Assembly (NCBI RefSeq): GCF_009914755.1
Contig: NC_060929.1
Length of the DNA stretch: 64,000 nucleotides
Reading direction: 5' to 3' (one strand)
Origin: the human T2T-CHM13v2.0 reference genome, Homo sapiens
The position numbers were made by a program, and so were the translations under genes. Below, in pieces: positions 12,080 through 24,479 of this stretch. The stretch's first letter is position 1. The number at the start of each line of letters is the position of its first letter. A model generated the notes under the pieces. It saw nothing but the letters and a program-made list of their open reading frames with translations. It did not search any database and was not told where the DNA came from.

Positions 12080-12842
12080 ATCTTAGTTTATTCAGGCTGC
12101 TCTAACAAAATATCTTAGACTTGGTAATTTATAAACCATAGAAATATATTTCTCACAGTTCTGGAGACTGGGAAGTCCAAGATGAAGGTGTCAACAGATT
12201 TGGTGTCCGTTGAGAGCTACTCACTCTCTGATTCCAAGATGGTACCTGATATGGTTTGGCTATGTCCCCACCCAAATCTCACCTTGAATTCCCACATGTT
12301 GTGGGAGAGACCCAGTGGGAGGTAATTGAATCGTGGGGGCAAGTCTTTCCTGTGCTGTTCTTGCGATAGTGAATAAGTCTCATGAGATCTGATGGTTTTA
12401 AAAAGAGGAGTTCCCCTGTACAAGTTCTCTCTCTTTGCCTGCTGCCATCTATGTAAGACATGACTTGCTTCTCCTTGCCTTCCACTATGATTGTGAGGCT
12501 TCCCCAGCCATGTGGAACTGAAATCCAGTTAAACCTCTTTCTTCTGTAAACTGCCCAGTCTCAGGTATGTGTTTATCAGTAGCATGAAAATGGACTAATA
12601 CAGTACCTTTTTGCTGCATTCTCCAGAGGGGAAACATGCTGTGTCCTCACATGGCAGAAAAGATGGAAGGGTAAAAGGGCCAGGCAAGTCTTTTGAAGGC
12701 TCTTTTATAAGAACATTAATCTCATTCACAAGAGCAGAGCCCTCAGGGCCTAATCATATCCCCAAAGCCCTACTTCTTAATACCATCATCTTGGGGTTAA
12801 AGGTTCCAACATGGGAGGGACACATATGTTCAATCCATAGCA
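12080..12842 (-). mobile_element. MaLR solo LTR (MSTC/MLT1A group) interrupted by THE1A
   Basis: tttctcacagttctggagactgggaagtccaagat...gtcctcacatggcagaa...ccatagca. Confidence 0.8.
12247..12602 (+). mobile_element. THE1A solo LTR
   Basis: TGATATGG...GACTAATACA, 356 bp, perfect 5-bp TSD GTACC (12242-12246 and 12603-12607). Confidence 0.93.
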
Positions 12843-13229
12843 GGAAGGTCCTAATGACCATGTAAAAATAGGTCCAATGGAGGGTGGTGATGGAATCAGA
12901 AATCTGACTATAATCTTGGGCAAACAGAACAGGTCTCTGAGAACCCAAGTCAGGGTGCAGAAGATTTGAGCCAAGTTGACTTACTAAGGTCAGAAAGCAA
13001 ATAATTAGGAAGGAAAGAGGGAATCCCATCATGCCAGGGTCAGGGTCTAGAAGAGAAAAGATCAGAGAAACAAAAATCTATCCACACAAAGATTATCTGA
13101 GGGTCTTAACCACTAGCTGTTCTCTCCACCTATCTTGAATAATGTAATGTACTGGTAATGTCACCCATTTCTCAGGTAGGATCTAGATCAATCAGAAAGT
13201 CACAGTAAATTTGGGAATTATCCAAAAGA

Positions 13230-13520
13230 TTTATTCACCTATTACCTGCCAGGCAGTGGTCTAGATACCGAAAACAGTGCACAAGAGAGACATCTCTGGT
13301 GCCTGCCTTTCTGATCTCACATTGGCATTGGGGAGAGGGAATGGAGGATGTCCACGGGAGAGGAATAGAAAATAAGCAAATAGATACAAAAAATGATGTC
13401 AAGTAGTAACAGTATTGCACATCAAACTAGACCAGGGTAAGAGGATAGAGAGGGATGGGCCCACGCATCTCCCTGGGGTAGCAACATTTAAGCAGAGATT
13501 TTAATAAAGGGAGAATTAGG
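13230..13520 (-). mobile_element. L2 fragment
   Basis: ttattcacctattacctgccaggcagtggtctagatacc... matches the reverse of an L2 3' end. Confidence 0.55.
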
Positions 13521-14061
13521 ATACATCAATAACCAGATATATTTTTAAAGAACTTACCTACATAGAACAACCCTATACAGGTTGTTTTGGAAATGCCAGT
13601 TTGTTCATTGAGCAAGCCCTCTTCCAAATTGGTAATTATCTGTAATAAATAACTAAGGACCAGACCTCTAGGAAATTATAACAAGCCCTCTTGGGCAGTG
13701 GCTTGAAGCTCGTCTTTTATGAATGTCTTGGCAGGATGAGGCCAGTGAATCTGTGAGTCCTTGAGGATGAAGGGGCTGTCTGAGCCATCCATCAGCTTAG
13801 TCTAGACACTGCTGAGTTATGGTGCATGGGGGTGCTAAAGGGCCCAGCTCACTCCTACTCTCATCAACCTCTTTTCTTTCCTTCCGCTTTAATGCCTTAT
13901 TACACCATTTTCTCCCAGTGGGTTCTCAGAACCACAACTCTGTTACAGCACTGTAACAGTAATTCTCTCAGCAACAGCTTCTTACCAAACCCCAACCCCC
14001 AAAAGAACCTAACCAGACTGAGGAAAGATGTGACTCAGCTTCTGTTAAAGAGTCAGTCTTG

Positions 14062-14339
14062 AACCAGGCACAGTGGCTCATGCCTGTCACTTCAGCACTT
14101 TGGGAGACTGAGAGGGGAGGATCACTTGAGCCCAGGAGTTTGAGACCAGCCTGGGCAACAAAGTGAAACACCTGTCTCAAAAAGAATAAAAATTAGCCAG
14201 GCATGGTAGCATGTGCCTGTAGTCTTAGTTAATTGGGGGGCTGAGGCAGGAGGATCACTCAGAGGATGCAGTGAGCTATGATCACCTCACTGCCTTCCAG
14301 CCTGGGTGACAGAGTGAAGCCATCTCAAAAAATTAAAAA
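14062..14339 (+). mobile_element. AluJ
   Basis: Dimeric Alu with ggaggatcacttgagcccaggagtttgagacc and gagctatgatc (J diagnostics); deletion in the right arm. Confidence 0.88.
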
Positions 14340-15356
14340 GAGGTTAAGTTTTTTTCCATCTATTTAAACCATTACAAACTTTCCTCCATCTGAAGACCAA
14401 GACTTGAAAATATAAAGGTGAGGTTTTCCTCCCCAAAACACTATGTCTATGCTGAGTGCAACACATTTACTCCAAATTTTCTATTTCAGCCAGTAGATAT
14501 TTGTCACAATATGACACACTGTACATTTCCTTATAGCTTATCAAGGCCATCTGAAAAAATATATTACTTCAATTAGATGTGTCAAACCATCTGCCACAAG
14601 AAAATTTGAAGTGCCCTTTCTTCCACCTGATGGAACATAGTTGATTTATTCAGAAGGTGGCTGGAACATTGGCAAAGACTCAGCTCTTCATGGAGCAGGC
14701 ATTGCTGTCATAAGACACAAAAAACAAAAACTTCACTCAAAATAAAAAGGGAAGGCCTGCTGAAGGCAATGTGAGAGATAACACAACAGATGCCCTTCTT
14801 AAATTAGTTTAGTTTACAGTAGACTGCAGATCCCAGGTCAACTTAATGTGAATGAATCTTGACATGATCCGCGGAACTTGGAAACTCGATCAGTTATTCT
14901 GCAGCTGCTTTGCCACAACACCTGCATATTTTGGGTGTGGATGACATGCAGCTTCTACAAGCCTTCTCATTAAAGGTTGACATAGAAATCACCACATATG
15001 TACAATATACAATCCCTTGTAAATTTGCGAGGGAGGTGCATAGGACTGTAAGAGGAACACAGCATGTCAGTAATTTCTCTGGATTTCTTTCCTCCCTGCA
15101 GGACTACCAACAAGTAGGGAGGTAAATACCAAATGTTTTATTTTAGAAAATCAGTAGTGAGGTGTGAACAATATTAATGTAATCTCAAGAACAGAATGGA
15201 TACTTTGTCTTTCTTATAACAGGAATGTGCTGAATCATACTTTATCACCACCAAATCTGATGTTTTAAAATACCCCATGTGGAGGAGATTTGACCAAGGT
15301 TTGTAATTCATTCTCCCTACACTGCCAGCTGTCTCTGAAACCCTCACCTCAAAGAC

Positions 15357-15587
15357 AAGGTTTTCCTAACCTCGGCACTGTTGACATCTTGCACCTGATA
15401 ATTCCTTGTTGTCAGGGGTGGTGGCGCTGCTGTCTTGTGCCCTGCAGGATGTTAGGTAGCATCCCTGGCCTCTGCTTACTAGATAACCAGCAGCACCTCC
15501 CTAGCCATGGCAATAAAAAATGTCTCCAAACATTTCCAATTGTCCCCTGGGGTGAAGGGCTAAATGGCACCCAGTTGAGAACAATTC
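15357..15587 (+). mobile_element. MER20 hAT DNA transposon
   Basis: aacctcggcactgttgacat...agcatccctggcctct...aatgtctccaaacatt...gttgagaac. Confidence 0.85.
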
Positions 15588-16223
15588 CTATAAGGGTTTT
15601 GGGGAATAGTGATGTCAGAGTTCCCTGGGGCAAGTCACATGACATTTTTCAACCAATTGTAGCCTGTTGGTACCTTCAAGATGACAGCTGTCTCAAGTAT
15701 TAAGAAGGAGTACCCATTGTTTCTTCATGCTGGTAATGAAACTGCCAATAAGACCCAATTTTTGGACATCAGTGATATGTGAATATGACATTACTAAAAT
15801 CCCTTTTTCTAGCAGTCATGATAGAGACAAATATGCCATTTGTGTGAGCTGGATTAAACTGTCCAAGATGATGAGGTATCTTGTGGTCCTCTCAGCCAAC
15901 CCATGGCAGAACAGATCAAGAAACTCATGGTCTAGCTAAACACAACAAAAGCAAAGCATTATTCACCCAGATGGCAGAAGATAGTAGCTCAGATTTCAGT
16001 ACAATTGCTACATGACAGGCATGTCAGGAAGCAGTGAGGTCCAAGATATATGTGGGTTATAAATACTATGAAACTCAAAATAGTAATAAGTTCACATGCC
16101 CAAATGACATTATAAACTAACATGTGAAAAAATACTTTATGCTTTTAATTGAGAATAAATATGTCAGAAATAATATGATTAGGTAGATATAGTAGCACTG
16201 ATATTTGACAATATTTTCCTTTT

Positions 16224-16229
<6 letters not shown>

Positions 16230-16254
<25 letters not shown>

Positions 16255-16265
16255 TACATACACAC
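16230..16265. repeat. (CA)n microsatellite
   Basis: Visible directly in the sequence. Confidence 0.95.
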
Positions 16266-16554
16266 TTACCCCATGGTATATTTTAACCCAGGATTTTGCT
16301 TCTACTTTACTCTATAAAGAATATAGTCCCAGGTGCTACACATCAGTTTTCATTATCTAAAAGTTATCATTTTTCATTATGCATAAAAATGATTTAAGAC
16401 ACTTTAAAATATCAGGAAATATTTTCTAAAATTCTGTTCCATTCTTTGTGAAGTGTAAAACATATTCCTTTAGTGGACAGGGATCCCCTTCTTACATGCT
16501 TATTGGATGATCCATAGTTCTTGATTCTCTTAACACCAGAGCATAATATTGCTA

Positions 16555-16690
16555 GATAATAATAGCAAGATTTTGCATTTTTATGGCACTGTTCCATATA
16601 GCACTTAGAACTGTCTCAGATATCATCTCAATTAATCTTCACAAATTCAACAATCCTCACTTGACAGTTGAAAAAAATGAAACTGATTTT
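16555..16690 (-). mobile_element. MIR fragment
   Basis: atctcaattaatcttcac...cacttgacagttgaaaaaaatga. Confidence 0.5.
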
Positions 16691-19050
16691 TTTTCAGAAG
16701 CATCTGGGAAGAGGAGGAGGGAGAAAGATTAAACACTGCTTCTCTGGTTTTCATCAAAAAACAGCTTCAACCACCTGTGTTTGTTGGATATAAAAGAGAC
16801 ATATTGGTTGCCGAAACTGTTCAATGCCATAAATTTAGATGTTTAGATCTGAATAGTGGAAGACGAAATGTTTAAGGAAGAAATGGTAACAAACTGTAAT
16901 GTTACAGTCTACACTGGCTCTTTGAGAAGTTTAAGTGTTTGGTGTACCATATTCTTTAAGGATAGCAGTACCAGTGGTCAGTGAAAGTTGCAAATAGAAA
17001 CAGTCCCAAAGTATATCATGTAATGTGTGTTCCTCCCCCTCCTACGTCACAAATTTACCCAAGTGAAATCAGGCTAACATAAACACCAAGAGTAGCCTGG
17101 TAGTTAAAGGAAAATCATAAAAAGAGAAGATATGACATTTGGCTAGAGAAGGAGATCGTTTGCATTATTGTAGCTTGGTAATAACAGGAGGGCTTATGGG
17201 CACATTTTATCATGGAATCTTAGATACATTTTTAACAGCAGCTGACAGAACTATCTTCTTTTTTCCTTCCAAGCAAACTGCCTTTCTAAGCCATTACTTT
17301 TTAGCAACCAGCCCAGGTCAGCCCTCAGGCTTATCACCCCAGCACCTCCAGAACTACTGGATCTAGGGGAAGTGCTCTTACTTTGGGATGGTATTGACAG
17401 TGTGAGTGAAAAAAAAAAAAAAACATGGCTTCATAGTTCAGCACTTAGGGAAGCATGAGTAACCTGAGTTTCATGGTCTCACACCCTCTCTCAGGAACCA
17501 ATTTACTCTTAGATATGTTTAAATGTTCAGAGGCTTATAAAAAAATTGAGGCTCATAATAAAAGCCAGCCTCCCTAAGGTGATGTGAATAGCTCACAACA
17601 AAACACTTTTGACTCAGGCATATGTTCAGCAGACATCATAAAGAACAGTGCCCAGGTGATGGGCACTGTATGACTTAAAACTGAATAGATTTAGGAATTG
17701 AAAGCATTGAGGGTTTATCAGCCGCTCTCACGTATTAACGCGTGGTCCTGCCAAACAGTCTCGTCCATGCTTGTCGTCCTTTTGCAGTCACTGTGCACCA
17801 ATTATCTCTGCACATTATTCTCATTATCTCTGATTATAATAATGAGAATCCAAATGTTTCCAGAGCCTCAAGTTATTTCCAGATACTAAAGAAAGAACAT
17901 TAACTCTTTTAAGTTTTTAGGGTGTCATTAAGGGCACAGCAATGGTAACATGCTAAATGGTACTGAGTATCCAGAAAAAAAAAAAATTCTGCCTCTTTCA
18001 GAGCCCAGCAGAAAACCATGAGTTCAGTGCAGGTGACAAGAGAGGCCAGTAATAACCATGCCACATAAAAGAGTGACATAAAGCATTATCCTTATTTAAG
18101 CATTGAGTTACAATAATAATACCTAGTGTTTTGGGGCCTCTCCTTGGTTGCAGCTAATTTTAATTTCTTAGTGTTTTTGCAGCACATAGGCTGGAACTTT
18201 GTTTTTTGTACATAAATTCCATGGCTCTTGCTAAGTAATAAAGGCTTAGGCCTTATAAGACAGTGTCTCTTGAATCTGACAATTCTTGAAAATACATTTT
18301 AAAGACTCCGGGACCTTCAAGAGAAGCCAGCCAAGAGAAGTAAGGTTCCTAGGATTCAGAGAGTATTTAGAGACCACAGAAGCATGTCACTGGTGTAGGA
18401 ACCAGCTTCTTTTCAGTGAAAAGTTATTAAAGGGCTGAAACAACACCCCTGCCACTGCAGCAGGATTACTTGTCTTTTCTGACCATTCCAATTTATTTCT
18501 TAGTGCTGTGGGAATCCCAACATCTCCACAAACCCAGTTTGTACGATGGAAGCCACTGTGTTCAAAATGTTTTTCATTATGCCCAATTCCTTCGACATAG
18601 CAGATGGCATTCCAAACTTGTCTAGAAAATGCCTTTAAAGACTTTCTGTTTATTACAGTGATTTTTTTAGACCCTTATACTTTGGGTTATAAATTATCAC
18701 TACAATGTTTGAGTATTCATCAGTGAATCGACACTACATCTGCCCAGAAAAGGGACATGTGTTCTTTTCCTCCCCAACTTGATGCTTACATACCAGCTGA
18801 AGAAATTCAGATAACAGGATGGGAACTTTCAGATTTTCAATTAAGCTTCTGACCTTACTGTTAATATTATATTCTCATAATTTTTTAATAAATAAGGAGA
18901 CATAAAGGAGTTTCTTCAGCACAAATACTGTCCTTCTTACTTAGGTAAGCGGATTTATTTGCCTTATTACAGCAGTGTAAACTTGTATTTTTTCTGAGAC
19001 CACATCACATTTCAGGTTAAGACACTCACCTATCATATGTACACAGGATA

Positions 19051-19064
19051 ATCTCCATGGCAAC
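19051..19064. promoter_or_regulatory. Candidate RFX X-box
   Basis: ATCTCCATGGCAAC is one mismatch from GTCTCCATGGCAAC, in non-repeat DNA; motif match only. Confidence 0.35.
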
Positions 19065-22000
19065 CTTCCTTCTTTTTAATTTTTTAGGATTGACATTTTA
19101 AATGTAAATGATCTGGTTGTTTGATTGCATACACAACAGGTCAAAATATGCAACTCATTAAAATGTGCGTTACATTGTGCTCTGATGTCTCTAGAAATGA
19201 AAGAATATTCAATAAAAGCCCAAATGTTCATTATCATGTAGCTTTGTGCTATTGTTTCTCACAGCTTTAACCTCTGTACCCATGCCAAAAAAACCAGCCA
19301 GAACATAACAAATACTTTTAAAGCTGATCCTATCATTAAGGTAGTTAGTTTCCATTCCTTTTATCTTACCTTATTGTAGCTGCTAAAATGGGGAGTTCTG
19401 GAGAGATTTACATTGCCAAAGCTGCTGCTTCATAGATTCTAAGAGTCATCAGGTTATTTGAAGAATGCTTCACAAATTTGGAGAAAAAAACACTCCATGA
19501 AACATATTGTACACTTTAAATCCCGTCATCCATGTGACAGTTTTATAACAAAAAATTGTAATAATTTAAGTGTGTGTATCTCACAAACATACATATAAAT
19601 AATAGTTAACAACATATGGGTGCCTTTGTCACTTGGGATCCATTGCTCAGCTGTGGTAAAGTGCACATCATAACCACCCACACCCACGCTTGTTACTAAC
19701 ACCATTCAGGCCCTTGAGAAATGCTTCTTCTCATATCCTTTCCCTGTCCTAGAAACAGATGGCTACTACATCCAAACACCATGAAAGTTTTGGGCTATGT
19801 TCCTGTTGACACTGAAGATGAATGCAGCTATGAAGTCAGAGGAGGATTTAGGCAGCAGATTAACTTAGGTAAAAAGAAAACAAAAGACTAATTTATCAAA
19901 TCCTTCCACTCCAATAGCATGGATACAGTATTCTTGCATGATAAAGCATCATCTCCCAGTAGTGCTGAATATCTTTTTTCTTACTCTTTTATTATTTTCC
20001 AACTTGTAATTCTGAGGATATTCATGAATTAGCGCAATATTCACAACAGTTACACTTGGCTGAGAAACATTTAAAAATATTAAAGGTTCATGTTTCTCTT
20101 AAATGTGTACATCTAGGTATAACATCAGGGAGCACAATACCTCTTACTAACCTTGCCAACTAGTTGAAAGATTAATGATATAACTAAGTACTTTTATAAT
20201 AATATTTAATAAAATTAAATTACGTTTTAATATATTTTAATTTCAGCCATAAATAATTTTTATTTTAAATGTAATATACATAATTGCAATTTATATTTTT
20301 TATTTTAAATATAGTTCATAACTATGAATATTAAGTTACATAAAGCTATGTAAAAACAATAACTTTACATAAATTTTTAAATTTGTCATTATGAAGGTAA
20401 AATTTTAAGGTAGTTGATTTATGACTTATAAATGCTCAAGCCACACAAATGTTAGGGGTGAGCCTGTTCTTTGCTTTTAGTCAAGAATTCCCAGTTTTAT
20501 GTTCAGCTCTAGCATACCTGGATGGCCTCTCACCATGTTCCTCTCTCCACACTACACTTCTAGAGTTTCCTTGGATCATCACAGGGTGATACAGATGGAC
20601 CAGAGGGATGAAGCATCTCCAGCATTCACGCAGGTTTTTATCTTCTGCATTCTCTTCTGATACTCATAGACATACAAGGACAGGATCTCAAGGCTTTAAG
20701 GAAATAAGGGCTATTAAACGCTCACCAGAATCACTGGAAAACCCTCCCAAATCTATCCCTGGATATGCATCCCCCCAAAAAATATAATTTTCTTCTTGCC
20801 CTTAATCTTATCACTTTATAATGAACTCTAAAAATACAAAATATTTATTCAACTTAAGTATATAATGCATATTCTATGAGCAAAGCAAGATTTTTCTGAT
20901 CAGTGAGTCATTCCCTCAAAACAAGAAAAGAAACAGAAAAAGTGCTCACATGGGCTACAGTCACTTGGTGAAAGTTTCTGAAACATTACTTCTTAACACT
21001 CTTCATTATAATTTTATATGTTTGCTTTTATGCTCTAAATTTGAAAACTTATCTGTTTGAACTTTATTTAGAATAAACATTCTTTGTATCATTGTTTTAG
21101 AAATGCCTAGGATCTAGCCAGTGAAGGAAGTGACTATTTCACCAATCTGTGCACTCAAGTCTGCAAGAATCCATCTCTCAAGATGTTTAATACATGTGTA
21201 AGCTACTATTAATAATTCGTCATGATTAGGGAAAAAATTAGGTAGTTCTTTGACTGTCAGGTTGTTACCCTAATGAAAAGCTGTCAAGATAATTTTATTT
21301 TACTCTGAAGTATCTCCATCAATTAACTGTATCTGATTGCTAGAAAACTAACCTTGGTTTTCCTTTCAGATCTGCTAGTCCCACAATGATGAGCAAAGTA
21401 AAATATAATATCAAATATTTTACTGTTTAAAGTTGATTTGTTGGATTTTTTATATGCTATATAAATAAAATCTAATATCCTAATCAGGAAAATGCATTAA
21501 CTATTTTCCTGGGATTAAAAAAATATATCTATTAGAAAGGGCCAAATGAATTCTTGATCCTATAGCAGGTACAAGTCTTATTTAGGTTTTTTGATGTCCA
21601 TAGAACTGTATGATCACATAAAGCTGTAAAATAACTGACCCAACAAAGTCACATCCACTGTTATCATTGCTAGAAGTGACACCTATACAAGATCTCCTTG
21701 ACGATGTTGGGATGGTAGGCTCCTCATACTAATCTTTTCCATGCATGAAGCAGGTTCAGATAACAGAAGAGAGCAGACTATATCAGCATTTTAATAGCCC
21801 CAAGAGAATAGGTTAAGCAGGTGATAATATCTTTGGAACTCTCATCTTCACCCCAGTTCTGTTGCTCAGTCCCCTTCTACTGGAGCTCTTTTCCCTCATA
21901 GAAACCAGGACAAATTGGGGTGTTGGTGCAGGGAATAATGATTCATAAAATTCTAGCCAGAGTTGAGTTTACAATTACTCCAATTGTGTTTAAGAAAACC

Positions 22001-22074
22001 ACAGGGACATCATGTTATAGTGTTGATCTTTTCTACAATTCAACAAAATCTTGTATTAAATAGACTTCCTGTAC

Positions 22075-22190
22075 TTCCTTCTCTACTTGATTGTAAGCTC
22101 CTCATGACAGAAATAATATCCAATACATAATTGGCTCCCCCAAATATCTAACACAGTGGTAGATATTCATTAATTGTTGGTTGATTGGGA
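22075..22190 (+). mobile_element. L2 3' end
   Basis: gattgtaagctcctcatgacag...taacacagtggtagatattcattaattgttggttga. Confidence 0.6.
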
Positions 22191-22691
22191 TAATAAACGA
22201 ACAGCCTTCTGTTTCTGATGAAATGTTTGGCCAGGTATTCAACTAGGAATAACCACAAAATACTGAAGAAAATACCTTTAAGCCTTTTTATTTGCACTGA
22301 AATCTTTGAAAAATTGTAGGGATTTTTCAGGCCAAATTCTACCTGCAGGAGGAAACTCATAAAAATACATTAGAATCACTTTTGCCCTGAGAGCATTATT
22401 TGAACTTTACAAACTTGAACTTCACTTTTCATGACCTCACTGGTGTGCGAACAGAAAACCAAGCTCAGAGCCTGCCAAAAGGGAAGTTTAATGCGAGACC
22501 CTCCCCCTCATAAAGTTCTACTTTCAGTTTAAGTTCAAATCAGAGGCGAATTGCTGCTTCTCCCAACATGAGAGCACTTGAAGAAAATTTGTTTTTGTGT
22601 TGAGCAGAGAAGAAAGAAATGTCCCTAGGAAGTTATAAATAATAGCTGGCCATTATGCAGATTTGTAAACTAAATTTAAATTCCCTAGAGG

Positions 22692-22840
22692 TCTGTAACA
22701 AATGTACCATACAGATAGGGATATTGATGGTGGGGGATGCTGGGGGGAAGAGGGGAGATGAATAAACTTTCTTTCATTTTGTCTACTTTGCTGTGAACCT
22801 AAAACTGCTCTAAATAATAAAATCTATTATTTAAAAAAAA
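22692..22840 (+). mobile_element. L1MC-type 3' end
   Basis: tgtaacaaatgtacca...tttgctgtgaacctaaaactgctctaaa followed by an A tail. Confidence 0.75.
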
Positions 22841-22893
22841 TATGTATTAGTGGGAATTCACAAAAACTTGAAACCAATAATTTTGTTGTACAT

Positions 22894-24421
22894 TTCAACT
22901 TTTATTTTAGATACGGGGGTACCTACACAGTTTTGTTACATGGATATATTGCCTGATGCTGAGGTTTGAGGTATGGATCCCGTCACCCAGGTAGTGAGCA
23001 TCATGCCCAACAGGTAGTATTTCCACCCATGCCCCCCATCCTCCCAGCCCCCTCTAATAGGCCTACAGTGTCTATATGCCCACTTTTTAATGGGGTTATT
23101 TTTTTTTTTGCTTATTTATTTAAGTTTCTTACGGACTCTGGATATTAGATCTTTGTTGGATGCATAACTTTTGAATATTTTCTTCCATTCTGTAGGTAGT
23201 CTGTTCACTCCGTTGATCTTTAATTTCATTTGTTTGTTTGTTTTGCTGTGCAGGAAGTTTCTAGTTTAATCAGATCCCACTTGTCAGTTTTTGTTTTTGT
23301 TGCAATTGCTTTTGGAGACTTAGCCAGAAATTCTTTGTCAAGACCAATGTTGAGAAGGGTATTTTCTAGGTTTTCTTCTAGGATTTTTTATAATTTGAGA
23401 CCTTACATTTAAATCTTTAATCCACCTTGGGTTAATTTTTGTATATGGTGAAAGGTAAGGGTCAAATTTCAACCTGACAAACCCACGACCCACATCATAT
23501 TGAATGGGCCAAAGCTGGAACCATTCCCCTTGAGAGTTCGAACATGACAAGGATGCCCACATTTACCACTCCTCTTCAACATAGTACTGGAAGTCCTGGA
23601 TAGAGCAAGCAAATAAGAGAAAGAAATAAAAGGCATCCAAATATGAAAAATAAGTCAAACTCTCTCTCTTTACCGATGATATGATCCTATGCCTAGGAAA
23701 CCCTAAAGGCTCCTGGAATTGATAAACTGACAAAAGACCCCTGGAACTGATAAACAACTTTAGAAAAGTTTTAGGATGCAAAAATCAATGTAGAAAAATC
23801 AGGAGTATTTTTATACATAAATGATGTCCAGGCTGACAGTCAAATCAAGAACACAATCCCATTTACAATAGCCACAAAGAAAATGAAATACCTAGGAATA
23901 CAGCTAGCCAAGGAGGTGAAACATCTCTACAAGGAGAACTGTAATACACTGCTGAAAGAAATCAAAGATAACACAAACAAATGAAATAATATTCCAGGCC
24001 CATGGATTAACAGAATTAATATCATTAAAATGGCCATACTGCTCAAAGCAACTTACAGATTTCAACAATATCCCTATCAAACCACCAAAGTCATTCATCA
24101 CAGAATTAGAAAAATCTATTCTGATTCATAGGGAACTCAAAATAAGCCTGAATAACCAAATTAATCTTAAGGGGAAAAAAAAGCCAGAGGCATCATATTA
24201 CCCAAGTTCAAACTATATTATAAAGTGACGGTAATCAAAACAGCATGGTACTAGTACAAAAACAGCCACATAGGTCAATGGAACAAAAATAGAAAACTCA
24301 GAAATATAGCTGCACACCTACTACCATCTGATCTTCAACAAAACTGACAAAAACAAGCAATAGGAAAAGGACTCCCTATTCAATAAGCGTTGCTGGAATA
24401 ATTGGCTAAGTATATGGAGAA
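22894..24421 (-). mobile_element. L1PA15/16-like element with 5' inversion (22894-23472 minus; 23473-24421 plus)
   Basis: 3' UTR on the minus strand, internal deletion near 23075, orientation switch at ~23472; the two arms are contiguous in ORF2. Confidence 0.88.
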
Positions 24422-24479
24422 TTTCATTTAAAAGTGTTCCAGACTATTGAGGCTCCATGCTTCCCAAGCAAATGTAAGT

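Noticed and set aside
13940-13959. 9-bp inverted repeat CTGTTACAG-CA-CTGTAACAG
   Set aside because: Short and isolated; compatible with chance and lacks supporting context.
15290-15703. 137-aa ORF
   Set aside because: Largely MER20-derived, with a non-ATG start.
20170-20430. Extremely AT-rich tract (similar tract at ~310-620)
   Set aside because: Low-complexity DNA with no periodicity or termini that would support a functional or transposon call.
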